Of a stretch of DNA of 39,954 bases, positions 30,943 to 39,954 are shown in pieces. The notes below the pieces were generated by a model. The model ran no database searches and was not told the DNA's origin. It saw nothing but the letters and a program-made list of their open reading frames with translations. The stretch comes from a virus (Duplodnaviria > Heunggongvirae > Uroviricota > Caudoviricetes). Position numbers and translations under genes: made by a program. Each line of letters begins with the position of its first letter. Within the stretch, counting starts at the first letter, position 1. The stretch spans positions 1 through 39,954 of the IMG/VR virus record IMGVR_UViG_2534681675_000013. The stretch is one strand, 5' to 3'.

Positions 30943-31638
30943 ATGTTATATGCATTTAAGCTGGGCAGAAAACTGCGCGGCGAGGAACCTTGGTGCCCTG
31001 AAAAAGGCGGGAAAGGTGGTAGCTCTGATAAAAGCGCAAAGTATGCAGCAGAAGCCCAGAAGTATGCCGCAGACCTGCAAAATCAGCAGTTCAACACCAT
31101 CATGAACAACCTGAAGCCGTTTACTCCTCTGGCTGATAAGTATGTCGGCAGCCTCGAGAACTTATCGTCTCTGGAAGGGCAAGGTCAGGCACTTAACCAG
31201 TATTACAACTCTCAGCAGTACAAAGATCTTGCTGGTCAGGCTCGCTATCAGAGTCTGGCGGCAGCGGAAGCAACAGGTGGATTGGGTTCCACTGCAACCG
31301 GTAATCAGTTAGCAACAATCGCACCAACGCTTGGTCAGCAATGGCTATCTGGTCAGATGAACAACTACCAGAATCTGGCAAATATTGGTCTTGGCGCACT
31401 GCAAGGTCAGGCAAACGCCGGGCAGACGTACGCCAACAACATGAGTCAGATTTCGCAGCAAAGTGCGGCTCTTGCAGCGGCAAATGCCAACAGACCATCA
31501 GCAATGCAATCTGCTATTGGCGGAGGTGCGTCTGGTGCTATTGCTGGGGCTGGACTTGCGAAATTAATTGGTTCATCAACTCCGTGGGGTGCTGGTATCG
31601 GTGCTGGTATCGGCCTGCTTGGTTCACTGCTTTATTAA
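30943..31638 (+). CDS. Ejection protein (P22 gp7-like)
   Basis: 231 aa, Gly/Ala-rich C-terminus; position matches gp7. Confidence 0.8.
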   Translation: MLYAFKLGRKLRGEEPWCPEKGGKGGSSDKSAKYAAEAQKYAADLQNQQFNTIMNNLKPFTPLADKYVGSLENLSSLEGQGQALNQYYNSQQYKDLAGQARYQSLAAAEATGGLGSTATGNQLATIAPTLGQQWLSGQMNNYQNLANIGLGALQGQANAGQTYANNMSQISQQSAALAAANANRPSAMQSAIGGGASGAIAGAGLAKLIGSSTPWGAGIGAGIGLLGSLLY

Positions 31639-31648
31639 GGGGTAATCA

Positions 31649-33064
31649 ATGGCTACGTGGCAACAGGGTATTAATTCTGGTGGTTTTCTGGCTGGCATCG
31701 GTACGCAAAATGAGAATGCGCCAAAGGCAAGCGACATTAACGCAACGCTTGGTCTGATCCGCGAAAACAATGAACTGGCTCGCTCAGGTGCAAATAACGT
31801 TGGTCTGACCGCGTTACGTGGTCTGGCTGGAGTTGCTGATATTTACAATCAGGAACAGCAACAGAAAGCTATTAGTGCGTTCAATAAGGTTCACGCTGAT
31901 GCATGGGCTTCTGGTGATCCATCGGGACTATTTAAGTTTGCCCAGGAAAATCCAGCGTTTGTTGCACAGGCACAACAGGCGTTTTCCGGTCTTAATGATC
32001 AGCAACGCAACGATATGGGCGATTTAGCCATGAGGGCTAACGTCGCTCTTTCTCAGGGGCCGGAAGCCTACAGTAAATTCATTACTGACAACAAGGACAG
32101 GTTAAATCGCGTTGGTGCTAATGCTGACTGGATGATTCAGACAGGTATCCAGAATCCAGAGCAGCTATCACACATGCTGACTACTATGTCTCTCGGTGCG
32201 CTTGGACCAGAAAAGGCGTTTGCTGTTCAGGATAAGATGGCTGGTCGTGAAATTGACCGAGGCAGGCTGGCAGAGACAATCCGCAGCAATCAGGCTGGTG
32301 AAGCACTTCAGGCGAGAGGGCAAAACCTTTCCTATCAGTCAGCAATGACTGGGCACAATATCGCAGCACAACGCTTGGCTCTGGATCAGCAAGAGTTCGG
32401 GTTTAAGATGCAGCAAGCGCAGGAAAAGGCTCAGCAGTTGATTAGCGAAGCACCTAAGCTGTCAGTAAACATGGAAAAAGGCATCGAGACGGCTGTAAAC
32501 AATGCCACAGCATCATCAAACTCAGCCAATTCTATGAGTGCGCTTGCTCAACAGTTCAGAGCAGAAAAACCAACGACAGGTTTGTTCGGTAACGCACAGA
32601 ACATGTTCGCAAAACTTACCGGAAGCGATACGACATTGCGTGATTTGCGCATTCGCCAAAATGCCCTTGTTAACAGTCAGGTTCTTAAATTCCTACCTCC
32701 CGGCCCAGCAACGGATAAAGACGTTGAGATCGTTCGACAGGGTGCGCCAACTGACATGGATAACCCTGAGACGGTCGCAAGATGGCTTGATGCAATGGCA
32801 AACCTTGAGCGACGAAACGCGCAGTTTAATGAGTTTAAAGCTGAGTGGATGAGCGCGAATGGCAACCCTGGACAATCGCGTAATGGCGGTCAGATATTGG
32901 GGTTGGATGTTAAAAAAGGTGAATCATTGGGGAGTGCCGTTAAGCGGTATATGTCAATGAATACTGACGCAGCACCAGCGCAAGATTCGACACCTTCAGG
33001 AGAACCACGGAATCAGGTTGGATCATATACCTCAAAATCAGGCATTCAATTTACGGTGGAATGA
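31649..33064 (+). CDS. Ejection protein (P22 gp20-like)
   Basis: 471 aa, same size and position as P22 gp20. Confidence 0.85.
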   Translation: MATWQQGINSGGFLAGIGTQNENAPKASDINATLGLIRENNELARSGANNVGLTALRGLAGVADIYNQEQQQKAISAFNKVHADAWASGDPSGLFKFAQENPAFVAQAQQAFSGLNDQQRNDMGDLAMRANVALSQGPEAYSKFITDNKDRLNRVGANADWMIQTGIQNPEQLSHMLTTMSLGALGPEKAFAVQDKMAGREIDRGRLAETIRSNQAGEALQARGQNLSYQSAMTGHNIAAQRLALDQQEFGFKMQQAQEKAQQLISEAPKLSVNMEKGIETAVNNATASSNSANSMSALAQQFRAEKPTTGLFGNAQNMFAKLTGSDTTLRDLRIRQNALVNSQVLKFLPPGPATDKDVEIVRQGAPTDMDNPETVARWLDAMANLERRNAQFNEFKAEWMSANGNPGQSRNGGQILGLDVKKGESLGSAVKRYMSMNTDAAPAQDSTPSGEPRNQVGSYTSKSGIQFTVE

Positions 33065-34902
33065 TGAAAGTAACTGCAAACGGTAAGACATTTACCTTCC
33101 CTGATGGTACGAGCACGGAAGATATTGGATCTGCCATTGATGAGTATTTTGCTGGACAGTCTGTTCAGCAACAAACTGTCAGCCAGGATAGCAATGAACC
33201 AGCACGTGAAGAACCATCATTGATGCAACAAGCTGGCGATTGGCTCACTGGTGGTCAAAGTGCAGGGCAAATTGCAGAACAGGCTGGTCGTGGTCTGGTA
33301 AACATACCATTTGACGTATTGCAGGGTGGCGCAAGTCTGATTAATGCAATCAGTCAGGGGCTTGGTGGACCCAAGGTTTTGGATGATGTTTATCGTCCAG
33401 TAGACAGACCGACAGACCCCTACGCGCAAGCCGGTGAAACAATTGGTGGGTATTTAGTTCCAGGAGTTGGAACGGCAGGAAGCATGGCTATTGGCTCACT
33501 GGCAGAGGCTGCAAATCAGAAAGGCGATTTCGCACAAAATGCAGCAAGAAACGCCGGAGTTAACCTTGCCGCTCAGGGGGTTCTTTCCGCAGCAGCAAAG
33601 GGAATAGGGCGTGGAATAACGGCTATAAAAGGTGATATTGCGCCAGAAGTGGCGAAGAAAATTGCCACATCAGAATCGATGGGCGTGACACCAATGACAT
33701 CTGATGTTATCCCGCCGAAAAATGCTTTCACTCGCGGCCTTACTCAGGATGCCGAGGGGGCTTTGCTCGGGACAGGCTCAAAGAGAGCGGAGCAATATGC
33801 AACGCGTAGTAAGCTGGTAAGCAATTATTTTGACCGTTTTGGTGAGTACAACCCTGATGATGTGGTGAAATCTCTGACCACCACGTTAAGGGGGCGGAAG
33901 GATGCCGCTGGCGCTGTTATCAATGACGTCACCAATAAAATGGGTAATGCCGCAGTTGATACCACAAATACCATGAATGCTCTGAATACAGCGATCGCAA
34001 GACAGGAACGGCTTGGGACTTCAGCCAATCAAAGCCTGCTTACATCCTTGCGTAACCTACGTGAAGAATTAGCAAACCCTGCAACTGATTTGGATGTTAC
34101 GTTTGATCTCTTGCGTCAGCACAGAACAGCATTTAGATCTAATGTTCAGGGAGATTCTATGGTCTTCCCCAACCAGGCAAAAGCAGCTACCAATATGGTA
34201 GAGAATGCAATGTCAAAAGACCTTCGTAACGCAGTTGCAAAAAACCTCGGTGCGTCAGACGCAGCAAAATACCTTAAAGCAAATTCCGATTATGCAAACG
34301 TTTATAATAAGGTGCTTAATAAAAACATTGCTAACAAGCTCAACAAGGCAAGCAGTGAAGCCAGTCCTGAACTTATAAATACCGTTGTATTAAGCAGAAA
34401 GCCATCTGACGTGAAACGAATCTGGAGCGCATTGGATGATAAAGGGAAAGATGCTATGCGTGCAGCTTACGTCAGCAAAATAGCGGAAAAGGCCGGTGAC
34501 TTTCCAGCCAAGTTCATCACTGAAGTTAATAAGCTTAAATCTCAGTCAGGCGGTGAAATTTACAACACTATTTTTTCTGGAAAGCACATGAAAGAGCTTG
34601 ATGCTCTTCATGAAGTTCTACAGCAAACAGCAAGGTCAGACACCGCAAATGTAGTAACTCAGACGGGGCAATCACAAGCCAACAGGATAAGGACGATTGG
34701 CGCAACTGCGACTCTTGGAGTATCAATGGGGCTTGAGGCTGGCTTTGGTGCAATGATGCGTTTGTATGAGTCCAAAGCCGCAAGGAATATGCTTCTTCGT
34801 TTGGCAAACACCAAAGCAGGAACACCAGCCTATGAAAGAGCGCTAAATAACGCTGCGAATGCCATCAGACCGCTGTTTGCTACTGAGGCAACACAGCAGT
34901 AA
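33061..34902 (+). CDS. Ejection protein (P22 gp16-like)
   Basis: 613 aa, ATGA-coupled to the gp20-like gene; size and position match gp16. Confidence 0.85.
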   Translation: MMKVTANGKTFTFPDGTSTEDIGSAIDEYFAGQSVQQQTVSQDSNEPAREEPSLMQQAGDWLTGGQSAGQIAEQAGRGLVNIPFDVLQGGASLINAISQGLGGPKVLDDVYRPVDRPTDPYAQAGETIGGYLVPGVGTAGSMAIGSLAEAANQKGDFAQNAARNAGVNLAAQGVLSAAAKGIGRGITAIKGDIAPEVAKKIATSESMGVTPMTSDVIPPKNAFTRGLTQDAEGALLGTGSKRAEQYATRSKLVSNYFDRFGEYNPDDVVKSLTTTLRGRKDAAGAVINDVTNKMGNAAVDTTNTMNALNTAIARQERLGTSANQSLLTSLRNLREELANPATDLDVTFDLLRQHRTAFRSNVQGDSMVFPNQAKAATNMVENAMSKDLRNAVAKNLGASDAAKYLKANSDYANVYNKVLNKNIANKLNKASSEASPELINTVVLSRKPSDVKRIWSALDDKGKDAMRAAYVSKIAEKAGDFPAKFITEVNKLKSQSGGEIYNTIFSGKHMKELDALHEVLQQTARSDTANVVTQTGQSQANRIRTIGATATLGVSMGLEAGFGAMMRLYESKAARNMLLRLANTKAGTPAYERALNNAANAIRPLFATEATQQ

Positions 34903-34926
34903 CGTATGGGAAATTGGATTCAATCG

Positions 34927-35316
34927 CTAACATTTTCTTTTTACTTTTCCAACAAAAGCTTTGGTTGAATCCATATTTCCATAACCGGAAATGGTTTTTG
35001 ACATTAAAACTGTTCCAGTAGGATGTATTACCCATGAGTCGATAACGCGTTGAGTTTCGCCATTCGCGCCGATTCCTATGATGGAGTTTTTAGACAATGC
35101 TTTGTAAGCCATGCCGCCCGCATCTGTCCCAGAATATGTGATGCTGGCATCTTCACCGCTTGTCTTAATGATGAATGTTCCACTAAAACCATCTTCTTCC
35201 GGATGGAAATTATTTCGTTCTGAATAGCTTATTCCGCGCATATCTCCAACGACCCAGCACTCTGCTGTAGCCCCAAAAGATATGAATAAGAACATAGCAG
35301 CAAGAAATTGCTTCAC
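34927..35316 (-). CDS. Small secreted protein (about 130 aa), cargo in the sieA slot
   Basis: GTG start after AGGAGG; predicted signal peptide VKQFLAAMFLFISFGATA with cleavage before ECW; cysteines near both ends of the mature protein; opposite strand to the virion genes. Confidence 0.5.
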   Translation of the reverse strand: MKQFLAAMFLFISFGATAECWVVGDMRGISYSERNNFHPEEDGFSGTFIIKTSGEDASITYSGTDAGGMAYKALSKNSIIGIGANGETQRVIDSWVIHPTGTVLMSKTISGYGNMDSTKAFVGKVKRKC

Positions 35317-35379
35317 ACCAACCTCCTTAGTTTTGAGCAGGATACCAGATGATAATGTGTAGTTGGAGTAGCGCGGTTG

Positions 35380-35452
35380 TAATGCAAGCATTTTGTTTTA
35401 GTTTTATGCTTGCTTGTATGTGTGCACAGTGTATATAATGCAAGCATAAATC
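35380..35452 (+). promoter_or_regulatory. Divergent intergenic region with sigma70-like promoter (TTGCTT-18-TATAAT) flanked by ATGCAAGCAT-type repeats
   Basis: -35/-10 hexamers read directly upstream of the 35473 start; three copies of a near-palindromic ATGCAAGCAT/ATGCTTGC motif around them. Confidence 0.35.
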
Positions 35453-35472
35453 ACAACAAAGGTGCTTGCATT

Positions 35473-36441
35473 ATGACTGAAAAGAAAAGTGGCGAAGGGA
35501 AAGCTAAGGGCGGGATCGCTCGCGCAAAGTCGCTGACTAAAGAGCAGCGTTCTGAAATAGCAAAGAAAGCAGCTGCTGCAAGATGGAAAAGTAAGATTCT
35601 CAGGGCAACTCATCGTGGTAACTTTTTAGATGATTTTGGCATTGATGCTGAATGTTATGTACTGGATGACGAGTCGAAAACTGTCGTTGTTACGAAAACT
35701 GGATTATCTCAGTTGCTAGGGATTGGTGAACATGCCAGGGATTTAGATCAACTGCTTGGCGCTCAGTATATGAGCAAATACCGAGATCTAGAATTGCAGC
35801 GAAAAATGGAAAATCCCTATAAATTTCAACTTACTTCGAAGTCTAAAACCGTTCATCAAGCGTTAGGTTATGACATTACAGCAATTGTTGATATTGGTAG
35901 GGCACTAATAGAAGCCAAAGATAATGACGATCTACCACAATCACGGTTAAAGGCAGCCGCCGCAGCACAGAGACTTATTAATGCCTCCGCTAAGGCGGGA
36001 ATTAAGGGGGTTGCGTATGCGCTTGCTGGTTATCGTCCAGAAGTTCAGGCTGTCATTGACGAGTTCAAAGCGTTTGTTCGTGAAGAGGCTCGTCAATATG
36101 AAAAGGAATTTCCAGATGAGCTATACGAGGAGTGGTATCGACTGTACGGCCTGAATAGGCCAGAGAAAGGACGGCCTATTCGTTTTGGGCAGCTAACCAA
36201 CATGCAGATATACACCCCGCTAGCAAAGAGTAAAGGTAAAATCCTTGAACAGATTCGAGCCAGCCGAGACGAGAACGGAAAACAATCTGATAAGTTGCAT
36301 CTGTTCCTTTCTGAAATTGGTGTCAAGGCTTTGCGTCAGCATATCGGTAAGCTTCTTGGGGTCGCAGCGATGAGTGAGACAAGAGAAGAATACGAAAAAG
36401 GAATAGAAAAGGTTTTTGGAAGAATGAAACCAGAAATCTAA
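35473..36441 (+). CDS. Hypothetical protein (323 aa) with basic DNA-binding-like N-terminus, cargo in the sieA slot
   Basis: Start MTEKKSGEGKAKGGIARAKSLTKEQRSEIAKKAAAARWKS after AAAGGTG; no family recognised with confidence; followed by a strong terminator. Confidence 0.6.
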   Translation: MTEKKSGEGKAKGGIARAKSLTKEQRSEIAKKAAAARWKSKILRATHRGNFLDDFGIDAECYVLDDESKTVVVTKTGLSQLLGIGEHARDLDQLLGAQYMSKYRDLELQRKMENPYKFQLTSKSKTVHQALGYDITAIVDIGRALIEAKDNDDLPQSRLKAAAAAQRLINASAKAGIKGVAYALAGYRPEVQAVIDEFKAFVREEARQYEKEFPDELYEEWYRLYGLNRPEKGRPIRFGQLTNMQIYTPLAKSKGKILEQIRASRDENGKQSDKLHLFLSEIGVKALRQHIGKLLGVAAMSETREEYEKGIEKVFGRMKPEI

Positions 36442-36446
36442 TTATG

Positions 36447-36471
36447 AAACCCACCGTCAGGTGGGTTTTTT
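36447..36471. terminator. Bidirectional rho-independent terminator between the 323-aa gene and mnt
   Basis: AAA-CCCACC-GTCA-GGTGGG-TTTTTT hairpin flanked by A-run and T-run; the two genes converge on it. Confidence 0.7.
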
Positions 36472-36708
36472 GTACAAATCCTTCAGCGTATCAAACACCA
36501 TCTTCTTAACAAGTTCGGACTGCTCATCAGCGAGTCGTTCTGCATCGTCGCGATATCCAGTCACAGGCGATGGTTTTGATAGAGCATCTTGGACGATTTG
36601 TAACAACTCGGAGTTCATTGATCTCCCATTCGCCTCCGCCCTGAATTTTAATTTCTCCCTTACTTCCATAGGCATACGGAAGTTAAAGTGCGGATCATCT
36701 CTAGCCAT
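36457..36708 (-). CDS. mnt: Mnt repressor (ribbon-helix-helix)
   Basis: 83 aa MARDDPHFNFRMPMEVREKLKFRAEANGRSMNSELLQIVQDALSKPSPVTGYR..., near-identical to P22 Mnt as recalled. Confidence 0.9.
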   Translation of the reverse strand: MARDDPHFNFRMPMEVREKLKFRAEANGRSMNSELLQIVQDALSKPSPVTGYRDDAERLADEQSELVKKMVFDTLKDLYKKPT

Positions 36709-36798
36709 GCCATCACTCCAAGTTAGTGTATTGACATGATAGAAGCACTCTACTATATTCTCAATAGGTCCACGGTGGACCTATATTGTGAGGTGAAT
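36709..36798. promoter_or_regulatory. immI control region: Pant/Pmnt with Mnt and Arc operators
   Basis: TTGACA -35, Arc operator-like ATGATAGAAGCACTCTACTAT, and the palindrome AGGTCCACGGTGGACCT (Mnt operator) read directly; matches the P22 arrangement as recalled. Confidence 0.8.
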
Positions 36799-36960
36799 AT
36801 GAAAGGAATGAGCAAGATGCCGCAGTTCAATTTGCGGTGGCCTAAAGAAGTATTGGATTTGGTACGCAAGGTGGCGGAAGAGAATGGTCGGTCTGTTAAC
36901 TCTGAGATTTATCAGAGAGTAATGGAAAGCTTTAAGAAGGAAGGGCGCATTGGCGCGTAA
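36799..36960 (+). CDS. arc: Arc repressor
   Basis: Internal start [53 protein letters not shown] (53 aa), matching P22 Arc. Confidence 0.9.
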   Translation: MKGMSKMPQFNLRWPKEVLDLVRKVAEENGRSVNSEIYQRVMESFKKEGRIGA

Positions 36961-37028
36961 AGTTGAAGCCCCAACTGCGGGAACAGTCAGGGCTTCGGTT
37001 GTCAGTAAATCTGTGGAGAAAAACCAAC

Positions 37029-37931
37029 ATGAATAGTATAGCAATTTTAGAAGCAGTGAACACCTCTTACGTACCATTCAACGGTCAGCAAATTATCACC
37101 GCCATGGCTGCCGGAGTTGCATATGTTGCGATGAAGCCAATCGTTGAAAACCTTGGAATGAGCTGGTCAACGCAGCAAACAAAACTCATGAAGCAGATTA
37201 GCAAATTCAACTGTGTTCATATGAACATGGTTGCCGCTGATGGTAAGCTTCGTAAGCTACTCTGCCTTCCTTTGAAGAAGTTAAATGGATGGCTGTTCAG
37301 CATCAACCCTGAGAAAGTTCGTGCTGACATCCGCGATAAACTGATTCAGTACCAGGAAGAATGCTTTACTGTGCTGCATGACTACTGGACAAAGGGAAAG
37401 GCAGAAAATGCACGTAAGAAAACATCTGTTGATGACAGGACTCCACTTCGTGATGCTGTAAATATGCTAGTCAGCAAAAAGCATCTAATGTACCCAGAAG
37501 CTTATGCAATGATTCATCAGCGTTTCAATGTGGAAAGTATTGAAGAGCTTGATGCATCTCAGATACCGCAAGCTGTAGAGTACATCCACAGGGTAGTGCT
37601 TGAAGGTGAGTTCATCGGTAAACAAGAGAGGAAAACCAACGAGCTTTCTGCAAAAGAAGCAAACAGCCTTGTATGGTTATGGGATTATGCCAACCGCTCA
37701 CAGGCATTATTCCGCGAACTGTATCCGGCATTAAAACAAATTCAATCTAACTATTCCGGCAGATGCTACGACTACGGTCATGAGTTTTCGTATGTTATCG
37801 GGATGGCGAGAGACGTTTTAATAAACCACACACGAGATGTTGATATTAATGAGCCAGACGGACCAACGAATCTTTCCGCATGGATGAGACTTAAGAATAA
37901 AGAATTACCTCCTTCAGTACATAACTACTGA
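37029..37931 (+). CDS. ant: Antirepressor Ant
   Basis: Internal start [43 protein letters not shown]... (300 aa), position and length of P22 Ant. Confidence 0.85.
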   Translation: MNSIAILEAVNTSYVPFNGQQIITAMAAGVAYVAMKPIVENLGMSWSTQQTKLMKQISKFNCVHMNMVAADGKLRKLLCLPLKKLNGWLFSINPEKVRADIRDKLIQYQEECFTVLHDYWTKGKAENARKKTSVDDRTPLRDAVNMLVSKKHLMYPEAYAMIHQRFNVESIEELDASQIPQAVEYIHRVVLEGEFIGKQERKTNELSAKEANSLVWLWDYANRSQALFRELYPALKQIQSNYSGRCYDYGHEFSYVIGMARDVLINHTRDVDINEPDGPTNLSAWMRLKNKELPPSVHNY

Positions 37932-37947
37932 CAGATAACCAACGCAA

Positions 37948-37972
37948 CGACCCAGCTTCGGCTGGGTTTTTT
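37948..37972 (+). terminator. Rho-independent terminator after ant
   Basis: CCCAGC-TTCG-GCTGGG hairpin followed by TTTTTT. Confidence 0.7.
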
Positions 37973-38031
37973 ATGCCCAAAATTCACCGTAGCCATGCTG
38001 CGGCGATTCCTTGTATCTGGAGCAAATTAAA

Positions 38032-39954
38032 ATGACAGATTCAATAAATGCCAATGTTGTAGTGAGCATGCCTTCGCAACTCTTCACTATGGCTCGTTCT
38101 TTTAAAGCCGTAGCCAATGGCAAAATTTATATCGGTAAAATTGACACTGACCCGGTAAATCCTGAAAACCAGATTCAGGTTTATGTAGAGAATGAAGACG
38201 GCTCTCACGTTCCTGTATCGCAACCAATCATCATTAACGCTGCTGGTTATCCTGTATATAACGGGCAGATTGCCAAGTTCGTCACTGTGCAAGGTCACTC
38301 GATGGCTGTGTATGACGCATTTAATGCACGACAGTTCTACCACCCAAATGTACTCAAGTACGATCCAGATCAATTCAAGCAGCAGCTAGCAAGCTCAGAA
38401 GATGGAATGGGTGACGCACTAGTTGCAGTTAAGCAGCCATATATCGGCTCAATAGCTTTAACTCAACATGATAAAAATACCAACTTCATTTCAGCCAAGG
38501 ATTTCGGTGCAACAGCTGACGGAACTCTGCATCCACTCAGCGAGAAATTCTCCACACTATCAGCGGCGCAGGCTGTTTATCCATTCGTAACATCACTAAC
38601 TCAGTCTCTTGACTATGCAGGCATACAGGCCGCAATTAATACAGGGCGGAATGTATTATTGACATCTGGAACTTACTTCGTAAATGCAACGATAGAGATG
38701 AATTCAAACTGCACAATAAATGGCGAAACAAACAGCAACATAAATAGGCCGGAAACTTTCATAGCAGTAATAGGAAATATAGCTTGTTTCCATTACCACG
38801 CAGCGTTTAATACAATAAATATTGAAAATGTCTATATTTTTTACGATGGAGGACGCCCTACATCACCTACTGGCAATGATGGTAAAATTGGCATTCTAAT
38901 TGATGGAGGAACTACTTCACCAGGCGTTATGCACATTAAAAATGTTGAGGTTGATGGTGCATGGTGGGCCATATATGATGACTCTGGAAATTACCTAACA
39001 AAGTATACCCAGGTATGGGCGAGGAGAGTTGCGCATGGTTTCTATAAGGCGAACGGAACGACAATACAGTGGGATACATGTTATGTGCTGGATGCAGCAC
39101 AGGCATGGTATGTTGTAAATTGCCTGTCTCCTCAGCTAATAAACTGTGCAGGAGACCAGATCACAGTTGACGGGTCGCAATATACATTTGATTCCTCAGG
39201 GTTATATTTTTCTGGATGTAAGTGTCTTACTATTACAGGGTATGATGGTGAGTCTAATATAATAAAAAATACAAATGGAATTACTGCGTCGTATATAAAA
39301 CTTAATGATACTATTGCCCATATATCAGGATTGGCCGGGCATGAAAACTCAATGCAAACAACGGGGAGTGGGACAGCAGCATTTATCTTTGCAACAGGCA
39401 CAAGCATTGTTAACATAAAATCAAGTACCGATAGCTTCCTTGATAGCGAATCAATAACCTACACTGGCTCTGGATACCCAAACACATTGCTGACAGACTC
39501 AACAGCAAAAATAATTGCTGAGGGATGCCGGTTTAAGGCTCCGACTGGTGGGACTCCTGTAATATCAACTTACAGCACAGGGAATGGAGTATTTACTGAC
39601 TGCTCATTAACTGGGACGCAAACTTCAGGCTCATATGTTGAATCACGAAGCTCTGCAGGTAATCAGTTGCCAGCAGTGTACACAGCGAAAGGAACTCAGG
39701 CTGTTGCAGCTAACGTAGCAACTACGTTGTTTGAACTGCCAAATAGCCAAGGGATGTACCTGATAAGCGTTTGGGCAGAAAGCAGTGGAACAAATTTCTC
39801 TTCGCTTCAGCTTGCCATGTGGGACGGAACAACACTTACTTTAACTCCGCTTAAGTCAGGAGGGTTGATATCATTTACAGTGACAGGAAGGATTGTAACC
39901 ATCACAAGCCAGGGAACAACAACATTTAACTGGACATACACCAAGGCAGGGTGA
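38032..39954 (+). CDS. Tailspike protein: P22-like head-binding N-terminus, divergent receptor-binding domain
   Basis: Internal start [51 protein letters not shown]... matches the P22 gp9 N-terminal domain for about 115 aa; the remainder is unrelated to P22 gp9 and Thr/Gly/Asn-rich; stop codon is the last triplet of the window. Confidence 0.9.
   Translation: MTDSINANVVVSMPSQLFTMARSFKAVANGKIYIGKIDTDPVNPENQIQVYVENEDGSHVPVSQPIIINAAGYPVYNGQIAKFVTVQGHSMAVYDAFNARQFYHPNVLKYDPDQFKQQLASSEDGMGDALVAVKQPYIGSIALTQHDKNTNFISAKDFGATADGTLHPLSEKFSTLSAAQAVYPFVTSLTQSLDYAGIQAAINTGRNVLLTSGTYFVNATIEMNSNCTINGETNSNINRPETFIAVIGNIACFHYHAAFNTINIENVYIFYDGGRPTSPTGNDGKIGILIDGGTTSPGVMHIKNVEVDGAWWAIYDDSGNYLTKYTQVWARRVAHGFYKANGTTIQWDTCYVLDAAQAWYVVNCLSPQLINCAGDQITVDGSQYTFDSSGLYFSGCKCLTITGYDGESNIIKNTNGITASYIKLNDTIAHISGLAGHENSMQTTGSGTAAFIFATGTSIVNIKSSTDSFLDSESITYTGSGYPNTLLTDSTAKIIAEGCRFKAPTGGTPVISTYSTGNGVFTDCSLTGTQTSGSYVESRSSAGNQLPAVYTAKGTQAVAANVATTLFELPNSQGMYLISVWAESSGTNFSSLQLAMWDGTTLTLTPLKSGGLISFTVTGRIVTITSQGTTTFNWTYTKAG

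Noticed and set aside
36961-37028. sar antisense RNA in the arc-ant intergenic region
   Set aside because: An inverted repeat (GAAGCCC...GGGCTTC) is present and sar is expected here from P22, but I could not define promoter or ends from sequence alone, so it is not listed as a feature.

Overview
This window is almost entirely one mosaic lambdoid prophage of the E. coli/Shigella type, read left to right from the integrase to the tailspike. The left arm is lambda-like: int/xis, a leftward early operon (accessory ORFs, a RecT-type recombination module, kil/cIII-like genes, ral, N), the lambda immunity region (oL/pL, cI, oR, cro, cII, oop) and replication genes O/P with ori iterons, then ren and a nin region. 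The nin region carries a phage Dam-like adenine methyltransferase where lambda has ninC. A non-lambda Q is followed by two tRNA-like genes and a phage-21-type lysis cassette (pinholin S, SAR endolysin R, Rz/Rz1). The right half is a P22-like virion module (gp3, gp2, portal, scaffold, coat, gp4, gp10, tail needle, gp14, gp7, gp20, gp16, tailspike) with a P22-type immI region (mnt, arc, ant). An IS66-family element (8070-10573, 8-bp target duplication GATTGGGA, tnpB apparently frameshifted) sits between oL and the cI-operon terminator. The strongest candidates for undescribed biology are two cargo loci in known prophage defence hot spots: a DinD/Bro-N-like gene in the slot lambda uses for rexAB, and a divergently transcribed pair (small secreted protein plus a 323-aa protein with a repeat-flanked promoter) in the slot P22 uses for sieA. 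Neither can be assigned a function from sequence alone. Family names rest on my recall of reference proteins, not on a search; coordinates of features absent from the ORF track may be off by 1-2 nt.
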